A stretch of DNA of 64,000 bases from Planktothrix sp. GU0601_MAG3 (GTDB taxonomy: Bacteria > Cyanobacteriota > Cyanobacteriia > Cyanobacteriales > Microcoleaceae), in NCBI GenBank assembly GCA_035193785.1, contig CP136572.1, positions 2,548,578 to 2,612,577 on the forward strand. Direction: 5' to 3'. Shown here one piece after another: positions 49,376-62,198 of the stretch. The notes beneath the pieces are model-generated. The model did not search any database. It saw nothing but the letters and a program-made list of their open reading frames with translations, and was not told the DNA's origin. Both the position numbers and the translations under genes were made by a program. Every line of letters starts with the position of its first letter. Within the stretch, counting starts at the first letter, position 1.

Positions 49376-51254
49376 ATGGAAACCGATTTATATTTTAGGT
49401 GCTGGCCCAGCCGGACTGGCGGCGGCCTATACTTTAAGCAAGCAAGGTCAGTCCGTGGTGGTGGTTGAGCGGGATGGTCAAGTCGGAGGACTCGCCAAAA
49501 GTATAGAATATCAAGGCTTTATATTAGATTATGGCCCCCATAGATTTTATACAAAAATTGCTCCAGTTTTGCAACTTTGGGATGAAGTTTTAGGAGATGA
49601 ACAAGTTACAGTTAATCGTTTAACTCGAATTTATTATGGGGGAAAATATTTTAGTTATCCCTTAAAAGCTAAACAAGTTTTATCGGCGTTAGGATTAGTT
49701 GAAAGTTTAAGAATTGTCCTATCTTATTTAGCCGTCCGATTATTTCCTAAACCCGAAGCTAATAACTTTGCTGAATGGGTAGAAAATAAATTTGGCAAAC
49801 GACTATCAGAAATATTTTTTGAAGGTTACACCGAGAAATTATGGGGTATTCCCTGCACAGAAATTAGTCCTGACTGGGCCGCCCAACGCATTAAAGGATT
49901 ATCGTTATCCAAAGCAATTAAAAATGCTATTTTAGGCAATGATGGCAAAGTTAAAAATCTAATTGACCAGTTCCAATTTCCCCGTTTAGGTTCGGGTCAA
50001 CTCTATGAAAAAATCGCCGACTATTTACAAGAACATCAACAACCAATTTTATTAAATACGGAAGTAATTCAAGTTCATCATCATAATTCTGAAGTTACCC
50101 ATATTACCCTAAAAAACCGCATCACCAAAGCGGAAAATACCGTAGCTTGTGGGGGAGTTATTTCCTCTATTCCTCTAACCCATTTTGTCCAACAGTTGCA
50201 ATCTTCCCCCCCGGAAACAGTTATTGATGCTGCTAAATCTCTGAAATTTAGAAATACAATTTTAGTCTATTTAATTGTAGAAGGAGGCAATATTTTCCCT
50301 GATAATTGGTTATATATTAATGACCCCCGGGTGCAAGTGGGACGGGTGACAAATTTCGCCAACTGGTCGCCAGAAATGTTAGCTAATACGGAACAAACTC
50401 CCCTCTGTTGTGAATATTGGTGTAATTTTGGCGATGATTTATGGCAATGTCCAGAAGATGAATTGAGAATATTAGCTGAAAAAGACCTACGCCAAATTGG
50501 GTTATTAAAAAATCAAGCGGTTTCCGATGGATTTATTGTTCGTTTACCCCGAACTTATCCTATCTATGCGGGAAATTATCAAGCGGCTTTATCGGAAATT
50601 CAAGGCTATTTACAAACCTTCCAAAATTTGCAATTAGTCGGACGCTATGGCGCATTTAAGTATAATAACCAAGACCATAGTTTATTAATGGGAATCTTTG
50701 CGGCGGAGAACGTTTTAACTCCGGGTAAACATGACCTCTGGAATGTTAATAGTGATAGCGAATATGTGGAAGAAGCTAGTGCAGAAGCCGCCACAACCGC
50801 CGCTACAAATACTCGTCTATCCCGCCGTCGCCAAACCTTAAAAACCCTACGACAATTTGGAGGATATTTGTTCACCGGGGGCGCGGCTACTATTGTTGAT
50901 GTTCTGATTTTTTCGATTCTCATTCAATCAGGATTATGGTATGTTTTTGCATTAGGAATTAGTTATTTTATCGGATTAAGTACTAATTTTTGGCTAAGTC
51001 GTCGCTTTGTATTTGGGATTTATTGGAAAAACTGGTTTGTTCAATATGGCGTGTTTGCGACCGTTGCTTTAAACAGTTTATTAGCCAATTTAGGGTTATT
51101 ACAACTGTTAATTAATGAGTTGGGATGGCATCCAACTATATCTCGTTTGGCGAGTGCGGCTTGTGTCGCTATGATTAGTTTTACCGGACATAAGTTGTAT
51201 TCCTTCTCATCTTCAAATCAGTCAAATAATCAAGTTTCCGAACTGCAATCTTAA
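49376..51254 (+). CDS. FAD-dependent oxidoreductase (protoporphyrinogen oxidase/UDP-galactopyranose mutase-like) fused to a C-terminal GtrA flippase-like domain; frameshift at ~49379
   Basis: Repaired start MEPIYILGAGPAGLAAA (dinucleotide-binding motif); DYGPHRF, YTEKLWG and GRYGAFKYNNQDHS; four-TM GtrA-like tail (YLFTGGAATIVD...NFWLSRRFVF). Confidence 0.8.
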
Positions 51255-51364
51255 CTATAGTAGCCTTCCTTTGCAGTTAGGAAATATACTGATGCAGCAA
51301 ACCAGATGGTAAATACTTTTCTTACCTGTTTCCCTGTTCCCTATTCCCTGTTCCCTTCTTAACA

Positions 51365-53596
51365 ATGTCCGAACAAAAACAACAGGCTAAAGTGAATTTA
51401 ATTGCTATTTTTGTGATCAATTTAGCCACTTGGTTGATTCTGATTCCTTTCGTTAATTCGATTAAAATTCCCTTTGGAGACAATACAAAAGGGGTAATTT
51501 CTTTAGCCAGTATTGAGAATATTAGTCCCTATACAGACTATCTCAAATATATTATTTTACTCCTAACTCCCCCCTTAATTGCGACTCTGGTTTTAAACCT
51601 AAATCAAAAACCCCTGGAAATAATTTTAAGGGTGATTAACTATCGTTATACTTGGATAGGAATTAGTTCTATTCTATTACTAACTTGGTTAATTAATACT
51701 CCCTTTAACCAATTTAGAATTAATTCTACCTTAATTGATTCTTTCCATGAAGGGGAGTTTTTAGGCTTTCTACCTAACTTTCTACAACTCAAACAACCCT
51801 TTATCAATACAGTTTTAATTCATGGGTATGGCGTTGATGTGCTTCCCAGTTGGTTAGCAAAAAATCTCGCTACTCAAAATAATGGTATTGCTTTAACTCG
51901 GTTATTCGTAAACCTAGAAAATGTGATTACCTGTGTAGGCTATTTTTGGATATTATGGGAATTAATTAATTTAGCAAAAATCAATAAAAATAGATTAAAA
52001 ATATGGTTAATATCCTGTATTGTTTTTTGTGTTTTTGATGGAATTTTATATAAATTTGATGGCCGCCGGGGAACCAGTTTTATCATTCAATTAGCACTAA
52101 CCTTACGTTTTTTTAGAATAGCGGAAAGTCAACCAAATCAAGCCCAATGGTTATCGGTGTTAATTGGAGCTTCAATTCCTAGTAGTTTTTTCTATATTTA
52201 TGACCGAGCGATTTATTTTATCGCCGTTTATCTTTGTGCTTCTATTCTATCATTATTTGTCAATAAAAAAACATCTATTTTATGGTTGAAAGGATCATTA
52301 ATTGGGATGATTGTTGCTTCTATTTTTAGTCTAATATTCCTGGGTTTTGACCAAATTAATGCCATTATCTCTCAAGTATTATATTGGGGAAAATATGGAC
52401 GCTATATTTCCTTTATTCCCCTTCCTCCCCTAGAATTAACCTGGACTTCCCAAACCTTTTGGTTATCTATGTTTGTTCAAAGTGGGGTTTTAGTTTACCT
52501 AATTTTAGACTTAAAAAATCATGGTTTAAAACTTTATCCCTTTATCCAAAACAATTATCTAATTATTTTATTACTGGTGTCTGCATCAATTTATATGAGA
52601 ATTACCCTCGACAGAAGTGATTTGGGACACTCCTATCAGGGCGCATTAATTACCACATTTTTAGGATTTTATCTAATTTATCTGGGATATAAATATCAAA
52701 TAGAAACGCGGTTATTCCAACTTAATATAACTCCCATTCAACAGAGTTTAACCGTTCTTATCTTAATTGTAATTATCTTAACCGAACCCAGTTTTAATGT
52801 GTTTAAAGGTATGCAAAAACTGACGCAACTCCCCGAATTTTTATCGATTTCTGACCCTAAACTTTTAAAACCAGATTATTTAGAAGCATGGAATACCCTC
52901 AAACCAGAAATTGAGCAACAATCCTGCTTTTTCACCTTAACTTCCGAGGGATTATGGTATTATTTATTTAATAAACCATCCTGTTCTAAATATAGTTATG
53001 TTCTCTATGCTAAACCGACCGTTGCTCAACGGGAAGTTATTCAAGAACTTAACGAAACCAAACCAGATATTTTATTGTTAACCAATGAAATGTGGTATCA
53101 AAATCCTTGGGATGAGGTGTTAAAATCCGAATCCGCTTCTTTAATTTATCAGAATGTTTTAACTACCTATAGACCCTATAAAACCGTGCAATCCCATTGG
53201 TTTTGGAAACGGAATAATCAACCCTTAAAATTCACTCAAACTCAAGATTTAAATGGTAATATAGAATCTATTCCTACCAAACCTATTCATCAAAGTGATA
53301 ATTTATCCCTTGGTGGTTGGTCAATTCTTCCTAAACAATCAAAACCTGCGGATGCAGTTTATTTAAGTTTAGGGGGAAAAAATCAATTAATTGCTGTTGG
53401 TCAAGTTAATATTCCTAGACCCGATGTGGTGCAAGTATTATCTAATCCTAAATTAGAAAAATCAGGCTGGATGATACGAGTTCCTACGGCAATTTTACCC
53501 CCAGGAAATAATCAGATGAAAGTCTGGAGTTATGATACCAAAAACAACCAATTAACTCAAATTGGAAAAGGTTTCAATTTAGAAATCCTCCCCTAA
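51365..53596 (+). CDS. Large multi-pass membrane protein with C-terminal Ig-like domain (putative GT-C glycosyltransferase)
   Basis: DSFHEGE motif after the first TMs; ~12 TM segments; C-terminal GWS...RPDV...SGW beta domain. Confidence 0.55.
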   Translation: MSEQKQQAKVNLIAIFVINLATWLILIPFVNSIKIPFGDNTKGVISLASIENISPYTDYLKYIILLLTPPLIATLVLNLNQKPLEIILRVINYRYTWIGISSILLLTWLINTPFNQFRINSTLIDSFHEGEFLGFLPNFLQLKQPFINTVLIHGYGVDVLPSWLAKNLATQNNGIALTRLFVNLENVITCVGYFWILWELINLAKINKNRLKIWLISCIVFCVFDGILYKFDGRRGTSFIIQLALTLRFFRIAESQPNQAQWLSVLIGASIPSSFFYIYDRAIYFIAVYLCASILSLFVNKKTSILWLKGSLIGMIVASIFSLIFLGFDQINAIISQVLYWGKYGRYISFIPLPPLELTWTSQTFWLSMFVQSGVLVYLILDLKNHGLKLYPFIQNNYLIILLLVSASIYMRITLDRSDLGHSYQGALITTFLGFYLIYLGYKYQIETRLFQLNITPIQQSLTVLILIVIILTEPSFNVFKGMQKLTQLPEFLSISDPKLLKPDYLEAWNTLKPEIEQQSCFFTLTSEGLWYYLFNKPSCSKYSYVLYAKPTVAQREVIQELNETKPDILLLTNEMWYQNPWDEVLKSESASLIYQNVLTTYRPYKTVQSHWFWKRNNQPLKFTQTQDLNGNIESIPTKPIHQSDNLSLGGWSILPKQSKPADAVYLSLGGKNQLIAVGQVNIPRPDVVQVLSNPKLEKSGWMIRVPTAILPPGNNQMKVWSYDTKNNQLTQIGKGFNLEILP

Positions 53597-53703
53597 CCCC
53601 CGTTGTTGCGCTTAAGCGCATTCTTGTGGATAGTTTCAGCAGACTAGATACCTAAGAAACCCTAATTCCTGTCTCCTCAACAGAAAAATTCGTCATAATA
53701 CAC

Positions 53704-53803
53704 AGGACTTACGCACAAGACCAAATAAACCGGGTTTCTGGCCCTGATTTTGCGGATGAAATCGAGATTTCTCGTTCAGAAACCCGGTTTCTGCGTAAGT
53801 CAT
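53704..53803. mobile_element. MITE-like element, copy 2, inverted relative to copy 1
   Basis: Reverse complement aligns with 49232-49332 over the full length with few mismatches; flanked by the direct repeat ATAATACA. Confidence 0.8.
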
Positions 53804-53844
53804 AATACAGAAAGAACAAAATTCTGTCATTCTCCTAAAAATCC

Positions 53845-54831
53845 ATGAACCCTGTTGATTATCTCCGTATTAGTTTGATTGACCGTTGTAACTTCCGGTG
53901 TCAATATTGTATGCCCGAAGGCACAGAAATGGATTATGTTCTACAACAGAATTTGTTAACTCTGGATGAACTGTTAACCCTGTTGCGAGAGGTATTTATC
54001 CCCGTGGGATTTACTCGATTTCGCTTAACTGGAGGTGAACCTTTATTACGTCCTGGGGTGGTGGAATTGGTGAAACAAATTAATGCTTTCCCTGAAACAA
54101 AAGATGTGGCGATGACCACTAATGGCTTTTTATTGGCAGAAATGGCAGAGGATTTATATAATGCTGGACTGCGACGAATTAATATTAGTTTAGATTCCCT
54201 TGATGCTGATATTTTTGATCAAATTATTGGCAACCGAGGACGCAGCCGATGGCAACAGGTTTGGCAGGGAATAGAAGCCGCTTATCAAGTGGGTTTTAAT
54301 CCCCTAAAATTAAATGTGGTAGTCATTCCTGGGGTGAATGATCATGAAGTATTAGATTTAGCAAAATTAACCATAGAACGACAATGGCACGTTAGATTTA
54401 TTGAATTTATGCCCATAGGAAATAACGATTTATTTGCCGATCGCGGTTGGATTTCTTCAGAACAATTACGCCAACAAATTCGAGAACAATGGGGTTTAGA
54501 AGCCTCACAGGTAAGGGGAAACGGCCCGGCGGATGTATTTCAAATTCCTGGGGCGAAAGGAACATTAGGATTTATTAGTCAGATGTCTGAATGTTTTTGC
54601 GATCGCTGTAACCGCATGAGACTATCGGCCGATGGTTGGTTACGACCTTGTTTATTAAATGAAACCGGACAAATAGACTTAAAAACTCCTCTGCGTCAAG
54701 CTGCGACGTTGGAGGAGTTAAGAGAAAAGGTAAGTCACCTATTAGGAATTAAACCCGATATTAATTTTAAACAACGGGACTCTGGTACAACGGGAAATTA
54801 TGCTCGTACCATGTCCCAAATTGGCGGATAG
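53845..54831 (+). CDS. moaA: GTP 3',8-cyclase (molybdenum cofactor biosynthesis)
   Basis: [17 protein letters not shown] radical-SAM motif, [16 protein letters not shown] and C-terminal MSQIGG. Confidence 0.97.
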   Translation: MNPVDYLRISLIDRCNFRCQYCMPEGTEMDYVLQQNLLTLDELLTLLREVFIPVGFTRFRLTGGEPLLRPGVVELVKQINAFPETKDVAMTTNGFLLAEMAEDLYNAGLRRINISLDSLDADIFDQIIGNRGRSRWQQVWQGIEAAYQVGFNPLKLNVVVIPGVNDHEVLDLAKLTIERQWHVRFIEFMPIGNNDLFADRGWISSEQLRQQIREQWGLEASQVRGNGPADVFQIPGAKGTLGFISQMSECFCDRCNRMRLSADGWLRPCLLNETGQIDLKTPLRQAATLEELREKVSHLLGIKPDINFKQRDSGTTGNYARTMSQIGG

Positions 54832-54931
54832 CAACCTGATTGATTTTTGATTTAGGGTTTAATAATAAGTAGGTGGGGTACGTTATTTTTAGTCGATAAC
54901 GCCCCACATAAAATAGAACGGTGAGGAACTA

Positions 54932-55541
54932 TTAGGCTTGACGTGAATAGTATTCAACCACTAACAGTTCATTAATTTGTAAAGCCACCCATTCCCGTTC
55001 AATGACGCTATTTACCTTTGCAGTCAGTTGTGCTTTATCTAACTCCAGATGGCTAGGAACGTTGGCTAAACCGGGATATTGTAAATTGGCTTTCACCAAT
55101 TCACGGGATTTTTCCGTATTTCTGATCCCAATTACTTCACCCGGTCTGCACTGATAGCTAGGAATATTAACGCGATGACCATTCACAGTAATGTGACCAT
55201 GGCTGACCAACTGACGAGCCGCTGGAATTGTGGGGGCCATTCCTAAACGGAAAATGGTGTTATCCAAACGCATTTCCAAGGTTTGCAGCAACACTTGACC
55301 CGTGGAAACCGGCGGCGCGACGAGCTTTACGGACATAACGCAATAACTGACGCTCGGAAACGCCGTAGTTATAGCGCAGTTTTTGTTTTTCTTCTAACCG
55401 GACTGCGTATTCTGAACGTTTACGACGGGCTTGGCCGTGTTGTCCAGGGGGATAGGCCTTTCTGGGGGATTTCCGAGTTAATCCAGGTAAATCGCCCAAA
55501 CGACGAACGATTCTCAGACGGGGGCCTCTATATCGAGCCAT
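54932..55541 (-). CDS. rpsD: 30S ribosomal protein S4 (202 aa repaired); frameshift at ~55305
   Basis: [16 protein letters not shown], repaired [18 protein letters not shown], and [10 protein letters not shown]. Confidence 0.98.
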
Positions 55542-55673
55542 CTAACTTTTTCTCCGCATAAAATTTTTTGCACCAATCTTTTATTATAGTATGTATCCCC
55601 CCTGATTGACACCCCTCGACCTAAAAGTAGCCCGAAGTGTTATCCAGTGTTCCCCGTTCCCCGTTCCCTGATA

Positions 55674-58600
55674 TTACCAAGGACTCCCAATTAAAGTAAA
55701 ACCCGCCCAATAAAAAGGATGGGATAAATTAACATTTCCCCGAGCAGCAATTTCTGGAGGTAGGGGAATTTTAGTGGTATTTATTCCAGTTTCATTAATT
55801 AAATAACCCTGTTCTAAACGAACTTTTCCCTGTAACATTCCGAGTTGAGCTTGTCGTAGAGCTTCTGCTTTAATCGGACTGGTTGATAGGGCTTGATAAA
55901 AGGTATTCATTAACCCTAAAGTTCCTGCATCGCTCACATACCATAAACTAGCTAAAGCCGATTTAACCCCGGCTTGCACCGCTAACCCTGCAAACCCTAA
56001 TTCCGCTTTTTCATCCCCTACGGCCGTTGTACAAGCACTCAAAACCAATAATTCTACCGGAGGCTGATTTAACTTGAGGTTTCTCAGTTGATTTAAGCGT
56101 AATTTTTGATCCCAAAATTGAATATAGGATTGGTCAGAACCTCCGGTTTGAAATTCTCCATGGGTGGCTAAATGCACAATGGAAAATTGATGTTGACTGC
56201 GTTGGGATGTAAGATTATCAACGGTAAAATTCTCATTTAAAAATGATTTTCCTTGCCAAGTATTACGGTTAATAATTAAGTCTAATTCCATCGGAACTGC
56301 GGGGAGGGGGAGTTGATTGGAATTGGGAAAAGTAGAGGCTCCCATCGCTAATATTTTAGAATTTTTAATATTAACATAGCGAGTATCTGTTAAACTTAAA
56401 CTGGGAATTAGTCCCAAACTATAGCGTTCTAATAGAAATTGCTTCCCATCGTATAAGGCGGCTAGGGGTAGGGTTCTTAATCCCGTATCCATGGAAAAGA
56501 CTAGGGTATTAATTCCTTCGGCTTCTAATTGACTTTCCAGAGGCTCAATTAACCATTCATATAATTGTTTACCATTTTCTTTATAGCGGGTATCCTCTAA
56601 ATTTTCGGGGGAAACGAATTTGATTAGAAAAAGTTCTCGCGGTTTTTAATACCATTTCTCGCGGAACTGGAATACTTTTAAATATTGGTTGTCCTCCGGG
56701 TAAAATCAACCTTAATTCTAATTGATTCGATTGACTGGATACATAGACAATGGCGGTTTTATATCCGGTTAATTTATAGATTTCATTTAAGGTTTTACGA
56801 ATACTTTGATTGGTAAGGGGTGTATTATTTGAGTTAGAACCTAAATAGTTAGAAAATTCAATTCCGCGAAACGTATCAATTTGAGCTAAGGAAGAAATAA
56901 CCGAACCCGAAGCAATTTGATCCGTGGGAATAGTAGGGGTATTTAAGGGAATAATCGGGGCTTCTAAGGTTTCTTCGGGACTGGATGAAATATCCGAGGT
57001 ATCCTCTAAAGCAACATCCGATGTTGTGGTTAAAACGGGGGTATTATTATCGGTTTTAGGGGGTATGGGTGAGGTTTGGGTTTCTTGATTTGTCCCTTGT
57101 AATTCGGAATTAATTTGATTAACAACAGCCTGGGTTTCTGCCGTTGATTTATTGGAATTTGGGGAGGAATTAGTTGGAGGTAAAATACTAACTAAATTGC
57201 CATCGGTAATTGCTCCAGCCGTTCCATTTAAAAGGGGATTTCCCACGGTAAAAGGAATATTACCACATTCAGCCGTGCTACAATATTCGCCTCCTTGTTG
57301 AATCACAATTACTCCTCCGTTTTCCCCCCCTGCACTTGAAATACTGGCGTTAATTTGATTACGACTATTAAAAGTTCCCGTAGCTCTAAATAACCCACGA
57401 GTTGAAATTCCAATATCACCCCCTTGAGTTACTCCTTCCCCCCGTAGGGAAACTACATCAATATCCTGGGAAGCATTTAAGGAAATATTGCCACCTTTTC
57501 CCTCGGAGGAACTAGCATTAATTCTTCCCGTATTAATGCTAGAACCTGCAACCACAACAATATCCCCTCCTCTAATACTTCCGACGGAATTTAAGTTTCC
57601 TGACTGTATTGTTCCCGTCGTGCTATTCAGATTAATTCCTCGATAGGCTTTAATATCTCCGGTGGTAATATTGCTATTTGCTAATAACTCAATAGCTATG
57701 GAATCACCCACCAAGGATGAATTTAAAATCTGACCATTGACTCTAATTCCGCCATTACGACTGATTAAATTAATATATTGGCTATTTAATAAAACATTGC
57801 CATTTTTATTGCTATTATCCTGAGCCATAGAACGAATTTCTCCCGTTTCAATCTGACCCGAGGCGGATATATTAATATTTCCGTTGCTTTGATTTTCTGA
57901 TAATAATTGTAACGTTCCCGTCCGAATTTCTCCTTGAGAACTGGTAAGTTGAATGGTTCCTCCTTGGGTACTAATATCCCCAATTAAAATATTTGATCCG
58001 GCGGTTAAGGCGACTGACCCATTATCAACTCCCATAATCCGACCCGTTCCAATAATCGATTGTGCTTGTAAATTAATCGGATCATAAATGGTAAAATCTC
58101 CGCCTAAAGTTAAGGTATTTGTACTATCTCCACGACCAATTCTAATTTGACTAAATCCATTTGTTAAGGCTGCTAAATCCTGACTACCTATATTAAAATT
58201 AGAGGTATTTTCTGTTCCCCCTAAAGTCATAGCTTGGGTGTTCCGACTAGGTTGTAAAATTATAACTCCTGAACCTGAAACAGAATTTATTCCTCCTAAT
58301 AAATTCACTTCTGTTCCGGTTAAATGAATCGTAGCCGAGCCAGAATTTCCCGTTGATAACTGTTGGGTAGAAATAGTTCCAGATTCACTGGTAATCGAAA
58401 TATTACTACCATTTGTGAGTAGGTTTCCTAAAGTGATATTTTCTAATGCCGATAGTTTTAAACTGGCATTATCTAAACCAGTAACGGTGTAAAATTGTTC
58501 TCTAAATGGTGTTCCACTGGCAATCATACCTTGAGGAGACTGGATGAAAACGGAATCTTTGAATGTAATATTTCCAGCGATAAAAATAGTGCCGTTTCCC

Positions 58601-60988
58601 TGATTTTTCCCGATAATAATTTCTTGAAATCCATTTTCTAAACTGTTTAAATCACGAGGGTTCAAATTTAATGTGAGTCCTGAGTTATTGTCTTGACCTG
58701 CGATTTCAATATCTTGAGCTCCTGTTGCTGGTTGCAAGATAACTTGACCCTGACCTTGAATTGAATTTTCACCCCCGGTGAAATTAATTTCATCACTGGT
58801 AATTTTAATATTTCCCGTGGTAGGTTTCTAAACGATTAAATGTTCCGGTTCGTAGTCCTTTAGCTTCAACTTCTAACTCGGAATTGAGAATAATATTTCC
58901 CCCGGTTTCTTTGCCTCTAGTATCTATTAAATTTGTCCTTAAAGTTCGAGGAGTATTAATTAATATATTTCCCCCCGAACCCTCGCTAGAAGTTGCATCA
59001 ATACTATAGGAATTTCCCTCTAAAATAATATCTCCTTGTGAACTGGTGAGGTTAATATCTCCAGCTTGAACACTGCCAGAGGTATTGATACTATTAGTTT
59101 GAATGCGGTTTGATGCGTTAAGATTGACATTACCTCCAGTGCCATTTCCTATCGCGCGGGTGGAGATAGTATTAGTTATAATATCTCGACCACTTGTAAG
59201 GATTATATTCCCGCTTTGGTTACTCGCAGAAGTCGATAGGTTTTCCGTCGTAATTCCCCCATTACTGCTGGCAGTTAGGTCTAAATTTCCCCCCTGGGTA
59301 ATAAGATCTCCCGTGAGTAAATTTACCCCTGTAATCACAATTGCAGCACCGGAGGTACGGAGGGTATTTCCTGAATTTATGGTAAAATTACCACTCCCAG
59401 ATTTATCCGCATCGGCGGTAAAAGTTAGGGTTCCAGTGGTGGCAGGAAAGTTTAATTGATTATCGGTTATATTGTTAATATTAATACTATTTTTTGCTTC
59501 TATAACTACGTTTGCTGTTGGGGCAAAATTTTCCAAAGTTTGACCGGATAAGGTAATTTTTTCTTGGTTTTGATCGGAATTTCCAATATTAATTTCTGGG
59601 GCATTAATCAATAAAGTTCCAGGGGTTATATTAGTTGTTTTTAAATTGATATCTCCAGCTATATTGAGATTATTTTGACTAAAAATTGTGGCTGTTCCGC
59701 CTAATCTTTGAGTACCGTTAGAATTAGAATATCCTTGAGCACTAATATTACCAAAAAATTGGGTTAAATCATTAGCTCCAATAATGATTTTTCCCCCGTT
59801 ACCATCGGTTAAACCATCGGCTATAATAGTTGATTGATCATTAATTACTGTGCGGGAAGCTGTGGGGAAAAGACTATTTTCTTGGTAATCACTGCCAATG
59901 CGGGCGATTCCTCCACCATTGGCGGCGGAAACATCAACTTTTCCATTAAATAAATGAATATCATTGCCAATAATATTAACTTGAGGAAGATTTGATGAAG
60001 ATGAGTTAATATTGGTGTTTCTTGTATTCAAAAAACCGGAAATTAAAGCTCCCCCGCCCCGGGAAGAAAATTGTTGATTAGAAGCGCTTAATTCTAAGGT
60101 TCCGTTAGGTAAAATATTAACATTTGAGGCTTGATTATTCTCTGGATTTCCTGTTAATAATTTGGGTAAATCTAGGGGATTAATTACAGATTTATCATTC
60201 TCATAATTGGGTGTAACTGTTTCAATTTCTAAGTTGAGTAAATATCCAGTTTGACTAATTCTAACTAAGTTATTTCCCTCAATAGCTGCAATTGTAATTT
60301 GTCCGCCGGGTGCATTCAATGTTCCGGTATTAATAACATTTCCCCCCACTAAAGTTAGGGTTTGTCCCTGGGAAACCGTAAGTTCTCCAGAATTAACAAT
60401 ATTACCCGGGTTGGATGTGGAGAACAGAAAACTATTGGGTTCCCCTGAAAGGTTATTATAATCATTAGAATCTAAGCTATTAAATAAACCGGAATTAAAT
60501 CCTATTCCTGTAGCAGTTGTCGCGGTAAATGAACCCGGAACATCTAAACGCGCTCCCGGCCCAAAAATAATTCCAGAGGGATTTAAAATAAATAGGTTAG
60601 AGTTGCCTCCGGTGACTTTAATTAAACCTTCAATTAAGGAAGGTTGTCCCCCCACGACACGGCTCAAAATATTTTGAATTGAATTATTAGAAACAAAATT
60701 GGCAATTTGACCCGGTGGAACATTAAATTGGGTAAAACTATGAAATAAATTTCTCCCATCTCCTGACCGTTGACCTCCGGTAATATCCACACGATTTTCT
60801 ATGGAATTAGTCAGGGTATTGGTACTATTGGGTTCAGGAACAATAGATTGGGCTAAAACTTGATTAATGGGAAGATTAAAGTTAAGAGTATAACTCAAAA
60901 AATCCAAGAACCCATTCATCCCCACCGTCCAAAATCCAGTTAAGGGCAGGGAGATGAAAACTAACTTATAAAAACGTCCAGGCTGCAT
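55674..60988 (-). CDS. Filamentous-haemagglutinin (TPS) N-terminal domain + beta-helix repeats + C-terminal CHAT (caspase-like) domain, ~1770 aa repaired; frameshifts at ~56611 and ~58824
   Basis: NLFHSF and NPSGIIFG TPS motifs; G/N/T-rich repeats; CHAT HLATHG, LSAC, ASLW and HPFYWAGF. Three ORFs join. Confidence 0.85.
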
Positions 60989-61113
60989 AAGGGTTTATGC
61001 CTTGAATAAACAATTACCGAAAGGGAATCTACTATTTATTTTCGACAGAAGCCACCCAGATCAACTATTTCTATTACTATTATGAATAGTATTTTAGATT
61101 CTAAAACAGAATT

Positions 61114-61762
61114 ATGCGTTTAATTGGTCTTACAGGAGGGATAGGAACCGGAAAAACCACCGTCTCCAATTATCTCGCCACGACCTACCACCTCCCCATT
61201 TGGGATGCGGATTTATATGCGCGAGAGGCGGTGAAACCCGGTTCATCCGTTCTCAAACAAATTGTTGACCGCTATGGGAGGGATATTCTACTTTATGATG
61301 GTAACTTAAATCGGCAACAATTAGCTAGTCTGATTTTCTCAGACTCATCGGAAACGAACCTGGATAGAGCAACAGATTCACCCCTTTGTTCGTGATTGTT
61401 TTGTTAACAATATTAAACAATTAAAAGCTGGAAAAATCCAGACTCCCGAGGTAAACCCTTCTCCCTACGCCGATGGGGTTTTAGTGATTCCGTTACTCTT
61501 TGAATCGCAAATGACCGATTTAGTCACGGAGATTTGGGTCATTTATTGTCCTCTTGAACAGCAATGTTTGAGGTTGATAGAACGAGAAAAAATTAATTTT
61601 GGTCGAATTTTAACCCCCGACGGAGCGAAGGCTAGAATTAATAGCCAAATGTCTTTAGAGGAAAAATGTAAACGGGCGGATATAATTTTATACAATTGTT
61701 CAACTCCTTCAGAACTGTTTAAACAAGTGGATGCAGCTATTCAAAGATCAAATATCACCTGA
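61114..61762 (+). CDS. coaE: Dephospho-CoA kinase; frameshift at ~61351
   Basis: IGLTGGIGTGKT, DAD, repaired WIEQQIHP, IPLLFE and RINSQM. Confidence 0.93.
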
Positions 61763-61830
61763 AACCCCAAAAAATTGAGTTTTTCTGAAAAACAGGATAA
61801 AATAGAGCAAAGTTCAGAGAGGAAAAAATT

Positions 61831-62181
61831 ATGACAACCTCTGTACAGTTTATTGATGGATTAGACGAGGAAATTAGTGGGATTAGTCTGCGGAAAACCA
61901 AAGACTCCAAAACAAAAATTGTTGTCTTGCTATTTGAGCGTCTCCAAGCCATAGAAAGATTAAGAGCCTATCGGAAGCAAATCACTAATTTGTGGTTACG
62001 CGATGAAGAAGGAGAAATTAAAGTCACCCCCACTGGTGTGAAGTTCTTCTATGCAGAAAATGAAGATCTTTCTAAAGTTGAATGTTACTTTGAAGTCTAC
62101 TCCGAAGATGTATTTGAAAGAGTGATGCGATTTTTGAATCGTTATGCAGATGAAAATGGATTTCAATTTCAGTCTACTTAA
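61831..62181 (+). CDS. psb28: Photosystem II assembly factor, Psb28 family (Psb28-2 type)
   Basis: VQFIDGLDE, L.DEEGEI.V and ERVMRFLNRYADENG. Confidence 0.8.
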   Translation: MTTSVQFIDGLDEEISGISLRKTKDSKTKIVVLLFERLQAIERLRAYRKQITNLWLRDEEGEIKVTPTGVKFFYAENEDLSKVECYFEVYSEDVFERVMRFLNRYADENGFQFQST

Positions 62182-62198
62182 AAAGTCCGTAGATGCTA

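Noticed and set aside
55260..55336. Programmed ribosomal frameshifting in rpsD and other split genes
   Set aside because: The motif occurs in either orientation relative to the gene and lacks slippery heptamers, so it is a DNA-level signal rather than a translational one.
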